Shown piece after piece: positions 8,865 through 15,240 of a DNA stretch of 42,237 bases. Positions within the stretch are counted from its first letter, which is position 1. Each line of letters starts with the position of its first letter. The DNA is taken from the IMG/VR virus record IMGVR_UViG_3300037467_000907, positions 1-42,237 of that record; one strand, 5' to 3'. Below the pieces are notes generated by a model. The model did not search any database. It was not told where the DNA came from and was given only the letters and a program-made list of their open reading frames with translations. Source of the DNA: a virus. The position numbers were made by a program, and so were the translations under genes.

Positions 8865-8884
8865 AATTGAGCAAATATTTTCTC
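8865..8884. promoter_or_regulatory. Second copy of the element (GAGCAAATATTTTCTC, one mismatch), overlapping the umuC stop
   Basis: Lies 41 bp from copy 1. On the minus strand it is followed by a T-rich tract, so it could also be a weak umuC terminator. Confidence 0.4.
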
Positions 8885-10187
8885 ATTTTGTTATCAATGG
8901 CAGCTCATCCCACCGAAACGGATTTCTACTCAATTTATCTCTCGACATTGACCAATTCCGACCAGGAACAAAACATGGACCGACACCTATTTTTTTCTTT
9001 CCAAATTTACTATGGATACCATCCATAGCCTTCATTAAACATTCCTTTTTCTCTATGTGTGCAAAATCAGTAAGCAGGTCATATGTATGGCCAGACTTTG
9101 GCTCCAGACATGTAAGTATTACGCCACATTTTTTATATTTAATTCCTCCTTTATAAATTTCGTTCAACATCCTTGTAGCCGCTTTAACAAAATCAATTGC
9201 GCAGTCAGTGGGTTCTGAAAAAGAGCCTGTAATAGATTTATTGTAAAATGGCACATTGGGGTCGAAAGGGTTTGACTGTACAAAAGCAATCATACAACCG
9301 CATAACAACTCTTCATCTCTCAAGCGTTTACACGCATCTTGAGCATACATCGAGATAGCTTCTTTTAGATCCGTTAGTTCGGTTACACGACCACCGAAAG
9401 ACCTGCTTGCAACAATTTGTTTTTTAGAAGGGGGAGTGTGCTCGATCTCGATGCATGAGATACCCTGAAGCTCATAGATTGTTCTTGCCATCACAATTGA
9501 AAATTTCTTTTGCATCTCTCGAGGTTCAGCACAAGCTAAATCAAGCACCGTATTAATACTCATACCTTGCAGCTTTTTAGTGTGCTTACGGCCAACACCC
9601 CAAACTTCTGAAACATCGATATTCCCAAAGTAATATTCTTTGTTGCACGGATCCATATTTACGAGATCGCATACACTGTTAAAACCCGCATTCTTTTTAG
9701 CAATATGATTCGCAATCTTCGATTCTGTTTTGCTTCTACCGATACCAACGCACACTGGTAAACCAAGCCATTTCCATATTTGCTGGCGCATCTCTTGGCC
9801 AACTTTTTCTAAATCAAAGTTCTTCTCATAAGCTGTGAAATCAACAAAGCACTCATCAATCGAGTATGACTCAACTTCTTCATCTGTTACGTATGAACTA
9901 AGGATCTTATGAAATCGCCGTGACATTTCTGCATACATTGCATAATTGCTTGAAAGTACGATTACCTTATTTTGCTGAACAATTTCTTTGATCTGGAATA
10001 GAGGAACGCCCATTTTAATGCCTAATGCTTTTGATTCATTGCTGCGAGCAACGGCACATCCGTCATTATTGCTGAGCACAATAACGGGCTTATCATTCAA
10101 AGATGGATCAAAGACTCTCTCACATGAAACGTACATGTTATTTACATCGATGAGAAAGAAGACTTTGTTCTCATGTTTCATGATCAT
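8883..10187 (-). CDS. umuC: UmuC-like Y-family translesion DNA polymerase subunit
   Basis: N-terminus [51 protein letters not shown] parallels E. coli UmuC. The start was set at the ATG forming an ATGA overlap with the umuD stop. Confidence 0.9.
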   Translation of the reverse strand: MIMKHENKVFFLIDVNNMYVSCERVFDPSLNDKPVIVLSNNDGCAVARSNESKALGIKMGVPLFQIKEIVQQNKVIVLSSNYAMYAEMSRRFHKILSSYVTDEEVESYSIDECFVDFTAYEKNFDLEKVGQEMRQQIWKWLGLPVCVGIGRSKTESKIANHIAKKNAGFNSVCDLVNMDPCNKEYYFGNIDVSEVWGVGRKHTKKLQGMSINTVLDLACAEPREMQKKFSIVMARTIYELQGISCIEIEHTPPSKKQIVASRSFGGRVTELTDLKEAISMYAQDACKRLRDEELLCGCMIAFVQSNPFDPNVPFYNKSITGSFSEPTDCAIDFVKAATRMLNEIYKGGIKYKKCGVILTCLEPKSGHTYDLLTDFAHIEKKECLMKAMDGIHSKFGKKKIGVGPCFVPGRNWSMSRDKLSRNPFRWDELPLITK

Positions 10188-10675
10188 TTTCTTGTATTTT
10201 TTAGAATATAAGTAACAACACCCCAAATTATTAACTCTTGGCCATCCGACAAATAAATATTTTTATATTCAGGATTTTCTGCCTTGAGCCATTTTCTCTC
10301 ATCAATCATTAAGCGCTTAACAGTGAAGTCATTATCAATAAGAGCAACAACAATATCGTTGTGTTTCGCTTCAAGGCTACGATCTACAACAAGCTCGTCA
10401 TCAATATCAATACCTGCATTCAGCATTGAAAGGGAAGCAACTTTGACAATGAAGGTTGCAGTTTCATTTTTTATTAGGTGCTCATTCATATCGAGAGCTT
10501 TGTCGATGTAATCTTGTGCTGGGCTGGGAAAACCTGCTGAAATCTTCTCTAGAGCATAGGGGACAAGCATGTGAGTGGTTGGTATAACTTGCTTGATTGA
10601 TAAGGCTTCAGATAAAACAATACTACTTTGTAAATATGGTTTTATCTGGATGATGGATGGTGCAATTTCGCTCAT
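10184..10675 (-). CDS. umuD: UmuD-like S24 self-cleaving protein
   Basis: [11 protein letters not shown] cleavage region (Ala-Gly), SLSM serine motif and FTVKRL lysine motif. Start placed at MSEIAP with an AAGGGG SD 6 nt upstream. The longer TTG-start ORF would run through the operator. Confidence 0.85.
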   Translation of the reverse strand: MSEIAPSIIQIKPYLQSSIVLSEALSIKQVIPTTHMLVPYALEKISAGFPSPAQDYIDKALDMNEHLIKNETATFIVKVASLSMLNAGIDIDDELVVDRSLEAKHNDIVVALIDNDFTVKRLMIDERKWLKAENPEYKNIYLSDGQELIIWGVVTYILKNTRK

Positions 10676-10690
10676 AGAATACCCCTTAAC

Positions 10691-10711
10691 TTGAATTTGT
10701 AACATATTCAA
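10691..10711. promoter_or_regulatory. TTGAA-N11-TTCAA palindromic operator just downstream of the umuD -10
   Basis: TTGAATTTGTAACATATTCAA read directly. It matches the form of the UmuDAb/SOS box I recall for Acinetobacter baumannii (TTGAA-N11-TTCAA). Confidence 0.6.
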
Positions 10712-10712
10712 G

Positions 10713-10742
10713 ATGATATGCTAGAGCTTAGTTGAATTTCAA
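10713..10742 (-). promoter_or_regulatory. Candidate umuDC promoter (TTGAAA - 18 bp - TATCAT)
   Basis: Minus-strand hexamers at 10742-10737 and 10718-10713. The -35 sits in a TTGAAtTTCAA mini-palindrome (10732-10742). Confidence 0.45.
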
Positions 10743-10753
10743 ATTTAAAAACC

Positions 10754-10762
10754 TGTGGATAA
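10754..10762. promoter_or_regulatory. Perfect consensus DnaA box (TGTGGATAA)
   Basis: Exact 9-mer, read directly. Confidence 0.7.
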
Positions 10763-10930
10763 ACAAATAGAAGTCAAAAGTTGACGCGTGTTAATCTGCG
10801 TTTGGTCGGAATTTCTTCAAATTAAATTACTTTGTAAACTTGGAATTATAGGGTGAAAACAGTAACAAGAAAATTATAACAAAATGAGTCACTTTATAAA
10901 TCGATTGTAACTAAGTTATTGATATTGGAC

Positions 10931-10939
10931 TTATCCACA
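10931..10939. promoter_or_regulatory. Perfect consensus DnaA box (TTATCCACA), inverted relative to 10754
   Basis: Exact 9-mer. A 7/9 copy, TTATCTAAA, follows at 10943-10951. Confidence 0.7.
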
Positions 10940-11136
10940 AAGTTATCTAAACGTGTTTTTTAATAGTTTTGCTATGGTATATACCGATATATCAAAAAGA
11001 TAAAAAATTACTAAAAAGTCAAGATTGCTCTACTGGAAAAAATCCCATATCTTAACCACATAGAGGCACAATGCTTCTAGATTCCAAGCCATCAAACTCG
11101 GTAAGTAATTATTGATTAATTTTGGAAGGAATGGGG

Positions 11137-11184
11137 CTACCCTCAGTTGACTACTTCTTGCAGGAACATATCAACTGAGGGTAG
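11137..11184. repeat. Perfect 14-bp inverted repeat (CTACCCTCAGTTGA / TCAACTGAGGGTAG) with 20-nt spacer
   Basis: Read directly. It lies in a stop-codon-dense non-coding region and could be an RNA hairpin or a protein-binding site. Confidence 0.7.
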
Positions 11185-11399
11185 TGAAACTTAGCTGCAT
11201 TGCTTTACAACACAGTTCGCTGAAGTCTTTAACGCTGACTACGTTACTGACTTTAACGATGGGGATTGCGATATGAAATTTAACTCTAGTCTCCGACGCG
11301 CTAAGGCGACGCTGACTACGGCGATAAATTTCGCTACGCAGTAAGGTTATTAAAGCGCAAAACTTTGCATAAGGCAATGCTCTTTTAAGGAGAGCGACG

Positions 11400-11486
11400 A
11401 TGGTTAACCAAGCGTTAATCGTTTGCTTGCGAGTATTAAGCTTTATAGCTGACTTACTCCAAGTAGCTGATCTTATTATTCGTTAA
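11400..11486 (+). CDS. 28-aa amphipathic/hydrophobic peptide ORF (candidate type I toxin-like or membrane peptide)
   Basis: MVNQALIVCLRVLSFIADLLQVADLIIR. Strong AAGGAGA SD 6 nt upstream. Sole plus-strand unit among minus-strand genes, followed by a weak hairpin and T-run. Confidence 0.35.
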   Translation: MVNQALIVCLRVLSFIADLLQVADLIIR

Positions 11487-11516
11487 TAAACTTGCTACTT
11501 AAGATACATTGTTTAA

Positions 11517-11545
11517 AGCCGCTGACTTAGGTTGGCGGTTTTTTG
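11517..11545 (+). terminator. Weak hairpin (AGCCGC/GCGGTT) plus T-run after the peptide ORF
   Basis: 6-bp stem with one G-U pair and a 12-nt loop. It overlaps the 3' end of the convergent SRAP gene, so the T-run is also coding. Confidence 0.3.
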
Positions 11546-12165
11546 TTAGCTTTTGGAAAATAATTTGATGTAAATTCACCTAATGGCATTTCAAAGAAAA
11601 ACTGATTTGCATCATCATTTTTGCAATTTAGCCAGTCTTCTCGGAATTCTTCAGGGATAACAATAATCGATCGTTTCTCGTCTTCAGGTTTATGGAACTG
11701 GCTCATGAAGGGGTGATTGTCTGCATTGATAGTCAACATCGACATAGATCTTACTTGCTTACCATCAATCACAGTAGAGTCGTAAATAGCGGCTACCGTA
11801 AAAGGTAGGCCATCTTCGCGGTATATTCCCCAACGTTCTGCTTTGCCATTCACATAACGTGGTTCATAAATCTTTTCGACTGGTATTAGTGCAAACTGAC
11901 TTTTAGACCATGCGTGGCGAAAGCTAGGCTTTTTATCTACAGTTTCAGTTCTAGCGTTGTATGTATACTTGGAGAACTTTAAATCGTGCTGCCAAGGTGG
12001 GATCATACCAAACTTAACTTGGCGCCATTCTATATGGCCATCTTTAGAAAAAATAAGAGGGCAGTCGTAACCCGGGTAAACATCGGCCTTATAGTCGAAG
12101 GTAGGTTCGAGTAAATCTAAAAGGTGTACCCGGTCTTTTGATATTGGTTCGTAGTTAGCACACAT
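11527..12165 (-). CDS. SOS-response-associated peptidase (SRAP/YedK family)
   Basis: N-terminal MCANY with catalytic Cys2, and NARTETVDKKPSFRHAW...ALIPVEKIYEP matching the SRAP core motifs. Confidence 0.8.
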   Translation of the reverse strand: MCANYEPISKDRVHLLDLLEPTFDYKADVYPGYDCPLIFSKDGHIEWRQVKFGMIPPWQHDLKFSKYTYNARTETVDKKPSFRHAWSKSQFALIPVEKIYEPRYVNGKAERWGIYREDGLPFTVAAIYDSTVIDGKQVRSMSMLTINADNHPFMSQFHKPEDEKRSIIVIPEEFREDWLNCKNDDANQFFFEMPLGEFTSNYFPKANKKPPT

Positions 12166-12389
12166 ATTAAGATCCCTCTAAAATTATTTAATCAATCCTA
12201 TGTCAACTATGTATTAAACTTACTACCATATAATTATTACTTAAACCCAATGACCATCCTATCTCTTTGTAAAATGGCTCACCATATTTTATTGTGTATT
12301 CAATATAAAAGTAGACCCAATCTTTCATTTGCTAATTCTCAATTATGTAGTAAGCGATTTAATATTTAGGACCATCTTAACCAGCCCAA

Positions 12390-13742
12390 CTATTCACGAT
12401 ATCTGCTTATAATAATATTGTTATGCTCAATCCACTTTTCTTGCATATTCCTTATTGATTTTTGTTCAAAGTAGATTCGGTTTTTGATCAAAGCTTTTGA
12501 AATGCCAGATAACACAACATTTTCAATCATATTCATAGCTTTGCGAAGATCATCAAAAGTTACTTGGACATATCCATCGGTTACATCGTTGTCATCATCA
12601 CCAACCATGTGATTGATGAGTTTTTTAATTGTGTAACTACCAATCGCTAGACTATTTGCGATAGTTCCGAAGGTTCTCCGCAAGTCGTGAAATGTAAATT
12701 CAATGCCAGTTGCTTCAGTTATCGTATGACGAGCTTCACGCTTATCAACGATATGTGAATCAAGCGTATCACCAGCGAAAACGTATTTATTGTTGCCAGC
12801 AAGTTTTTTGCGTTCTGACAAGATATACCAAAGCATTTCTCCCATGGGGAGAAGTAGATCTTCATGATTTTTCGGATCCTGAATTTTTATAGTTCCATAT
12901 TTTAAGTCAACATTTGTCCATTCTAGTGTTTCACCTTCTTCTCTTCTGAATCCGGTTAGGATCAATAGGAGTAAGAAGTCCTGATTTGTGTAGGCACGAT
13001 GATTTAAATTTTGATTGCCTGCCCACCAAGTGGTACACACAGCAAGTGACCAGTCATGTATCTGGTCTGCTCGAATATACCCCTTACGACGTTTTATCTT
13101 GTTCCATTTCTTCTCTTTATAAATAACCCCAACAGGGCTTTTTTCTGTAATAATTTTTTCATCATTATCGTTATAAAGAATCGAAGCATTGAAGTTGTAG
13201 ACAGCTGATAAAAACTTCATTGCAAGGTTTGCCTGCGCTAAACTTCGCTCAGATAAATCCATGTGCTTGTTTAAAGTCATTTTCTGAGAAATTTCAGTAA
13301 TTTTGATGTTTTTCCAATCTTTAAAATAATCATTAGCACATCGGTCGTAAGCATTGATTGTATTAGCACTTAGCTTCTTTTTACTTTTGTAGACTTCATA
13401 TGCTTGTTCAAGCGTTGGAATTAATTCATTTGCTTCTTTTTCGGATTTAAAGTCATTCTTTAATTGTCTTTTTTGAGCAACTGGATCAATGCCCTGGTGC
13501 ATCATTAACAATATTTTTTTTGCTTCTGTACGTGCTTGTTCAAGAGTATATACACCATGTTTACCAATAGACTTTCTTTTATTTCTACCGTCAGGCATTC
13601 TCGTTTCAACAAAATATGTTTTTGACTTTGTGGCAATTAAGCCAAAACCAATAGTAACTGAGTCACGATAAAATTTACTTCCGCTTTCTTCGAGGGGGAT
13701 GCTATCGATAAATGTTTTAGTAAGCTTATATCTTTGGGTCAT
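12390..13742 (-). CDS. int: Tyrosine integrase, P4-like with N-terminal arm-binding domain
   Basis: 450 aa. The N-terminus LTKTFIDSI...FYRDSVTIGFGL resembles a DUF4102-type arm-binding domain. C-terminal FHDLRRTFGT (HxxR) and a DGYVQV tyrosine. Confidence 0.9.
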   Translation of the reverse strand: MTQRYKLTKTFIDSIPLEESGSKFYRDSVTIGFGLIATKSKTYFVETRMPDGRNKRKSIGKHGVYTLEQARTEAKKILLMMHQGIDPVAQKRQLKNDFKSEKEANELIPTLEQAYEVYKSKKKLSANTINAYDRCANDYFKDWKNIKITEISQKMTLNKHMDLSERSLAQANLAMKFLSAVYNFNASILYNDNDEKIITEKSPVGVIYKEKKWNKIKRRKGYIRADQIHDWSLAVCTTWWAGNQNLNHRAYTNQDFLLLLILTGFRREEGETLEWTNVDLKYGTIKIQDPKNHEDLLLPMGEMLWYILSERKKLAGNNKYVFAGDTLDSHIVDKREARHTITEATGIEFTFHDLRRTFGTIANSLAIGSYTIKKLINHMVGDDDNDVTDGYVQVTFDDLRKAMNMIENVVLSGISKALIKNRIYFEQKSIRNMQEKWIEHNNIIISRYRE

Positions 13743-13796
13743 GGTGACTTAAAAAGTACGAAACGATACGCAGCAATATACCACAATATTTTTGAA

Positions 13797-13817
13797 GCCT
13801 ACTATAAGCCTATTTTT
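13797..13817 (+). repeat. Arm-type site pair GCCTACTAT-AA-GCCTATTTTT (int-proximal arm)
   Basis: Near-identical to 14091-14111. Confidence 0.6.
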
Positions 13818-14090
13818 GATTAATTTGGTGAAAAATAATAGGTTTTGAAATTGATATTTCTTGAGTTAAGTTATTGTTTTTATATTAAAATAAATGCTCC
13901 GAAGATGCCGCTGCATGTGTCGTTACCCTGAACCCGATGAGTTCTCGGGTGAAAATGATTCTATAGCAATATGAAACGATATTAGACTATATATAATCAC
14001 ATGAAAAGTATTTTTAAGTATTTGTATTTTAATAGAAATGCCTGAAACAATACTAAAGTTCATGTCATGATACGACAATATACTTTATTT

Positions 14091-14160
14091 GCCTACTATC
14101 TGCCTATTTTTGTAATTTTGCCTATTTTTATTAGTTTTAAGCCTATTGTTTGCCTACTAA
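14091..14160 (+). repeat. Five direct arm-type sites (GCCTACTAT, GCCTATTTTT x2, GCCTATTGTT, GCCTACTAA), xis-proximal arm
   Basis: Sites at 14091, 14102, 14120, 14141 and 14152, all in one orientation. Confidence 0.6.
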
Positions 14161-14171
14161 ATTTTTACAAT

Positions 14172-14192
14172 AAAAAAGGCGGTTAAACCGCC
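14172..14192 (-). terminator. Terminator overlapping the xis stop (GGCGG-TTTAA-CCGCC + T6 on the minus strand)
   Basis: 5-bp GC stem with the stop codon in the loop, followed by a T6 run. Confidence 0.55.
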
Positions 14193-14431
14193 ATTTGTGA
14201 TGTTGATTGGATGCGCTGCCGTTCAATATAAGCTAAAACATCAGCTTTTTTATAAATAATTTTTCGATAGTGAACTTTTGCAAAAGGAATGCCGCCACCT
14301 TCACAGCGCTTTTTCTGCAACCAAGAAGTCGAAACATCAAGTATTGCCGCAAGTGATTCTGGTGAAAATTCTTCATTATCATTGGCGGCATTGAACTTAT
14401 CTATCTCAGCTTGTTTATTAATACTTTTCAT
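14183..14431 (-). CDS. xis: Excisionase / AlpA-type DNA-binding protein
   Basis: 82 aa with the helix-turn-helix-like segment LAAILDVSTSWLQKKRCEGGGIPF. Lies adjacent to attP. Confidence 0.65.
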   Translation of the reverse strand: MKSINKQAEIDKFNAANDNEEFSPESLAAILDVSTSWLQKKRCEGGGIPFAKVHYRKIIYKKADVLAYIERQRIQSTSQMAV

Positions 14432-14441
14432 TTAGATTACC

Positions 14442-14510
14442 TCACCAAAACACTGCAATTAAAAAAGCTAAAAACCATAAAATATTTGTTCCGTAGAGCG
14501 CTTCTTTCAT
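14442..14510 (-). CDS. 22-aa hydrophobic mini-ORF coupled by ATGA to the upstream gene
   Basis: MKEALYGTNILWFLAFLIAVFW. Its ATG overlaps the stop of the 195-aa gene. Confidence 0.25.
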   Translation of the reverse strand: MKEALYGTNILWFLAFLIAVFW

Positions 14511-15094
14511 TCTCTAGCTCCTGATTTGCTTGGCACCTTATGGAAGTACATCCAGTGAGAAGGAGGATCATTGTCAAAATTAGCCCAAATATGATTTAAG
14601 TCTTCATCTGTAGTCATGTAATCAATTTCAGGTTCAATATCTGGCGCGTCAGCCCAGCAAATAAGCACCATTTTGTCGATTGGTGGCTCGTCATTTTCTA
14701 AGCTAATCCAAGTTGGCACAGCCTTAGCTTTAGCTGCCCCCCAAATTAATCGACCTGCAACTTCAATAATGTCATTAACATCATTTTTACTGAGATGAGC
14801 TGTAGCCTGGCGAAGCGTGGCCATATTTTTAGACAGCCAATTATCATAAATTGGAAACTGAGGAGTTGAGGGAATTGGCTGTTTAATCTTTAATAAATAA
14901 ACATCGCCGTTTTTCTCAACTTCAAGTTCAGCCAATATTTGCTTAATAGTTTTCGCGCTAAGTTTGCATACGGTCGCCAATTGAGAAACTGTTAAACCGT
15001 AAGTATCCTTTGCTAGAGCCTCGTAAACCTTCGCTTTGTATTTTTTGAAATTAGTCATTTCATTTGCTTTTTTAAGTTCAGTAGCAGTACTCAT
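14507..15094 (-). CDS. Early protein with N-terminal winged-helix-like segment
   Basis: YGLTVSQLATVCKLSAKTIKQILAELE. Start set at MSTATE, which has a GGAGA SD. The longer start at 15109 is also possible. Confidence 0.5.
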   Translation of the reverse strand: MSTATELKKANEMTNFKKYKAKVYEALAKDTYGLTVSQLATVCKLSAKTIKQILAELEVEKNGDVYLLKIKQPIPSTPQFPIYDNWLSKNMATLRQATAHLSKNDVNDIIEVAGRLIWGAAKAKAVPTWISLENDEPPIDKMVLICWADAPDIEPEIDYMTTDEDLNHIWANFDNDPPSHWMYFHKVPSKSGARE

Positions 15095-15096
15095 AT

Positions 15097-15240
15097 TCAC
15101 TTTCTCCATGTGGCTTCTTTAAGCTTTACATTCACTAAGCAATATTCAATTTCAGAAGGGTTTACGTTGTCGAACTGATGATTCATATGAGCACCAATCA
15201 CAAGTAAAGTGCGGGTCATTGTTGAGTAGCGATATTTCAT
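15097..15240 (-). CDS. 47-aa early protein (below ORF-track cutoff)
   Basis: ATGA overlap with the stop of the 486-aa gene. Fills an otherwise empty gap in a tightly packed operon. Confidence 0.4.
   Translation of the reverse strand: MKYRYSTMTRTLLVIGAHMNHQFDNVNPSEIEYCLVNVKLKEATWRK

Larger units (their letters stand above)
13797..14160. other. attP-like region: direct GCCTA(C/T)T arm-type repeats flanking a GC-richer core candidate (about 13896-13952)
   Basis: Non-coding and lies between xis and int. The repeat architecture is described under the next two features. Confidence 0.6.

Noticed and set aside
11171-11377. A 68-aa minus-strand ORF in the umuD-SRAP gap.
   Set aside because: It has a TTG start without an SD, and it starts inside and reads through the right arm of the 14-bp inverted repeat. 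Its composition is basic and low-complexity. The region looks non-coding or RNA-encoding.
12203-12328. A 41-aa minus-strand ORF (MKDWVYFYIEY...) between int and the SRAP gene.
   Set aside because: It has only a weak GAGA-like SD and no recognisable features, and conservation cannot be judged here. Left unannotated.
13932-13950. The hairpin in the attP core could be a tRNA T-arm fragment, suggesting a tRNA integration site.
   Set aside because: The loop (TGAGTTC or GAACTCA) does not match the TTCRANY T-loop, and no acceptor/CCA-like end follows. A tRNA target cannot be supported from the sequence alone.
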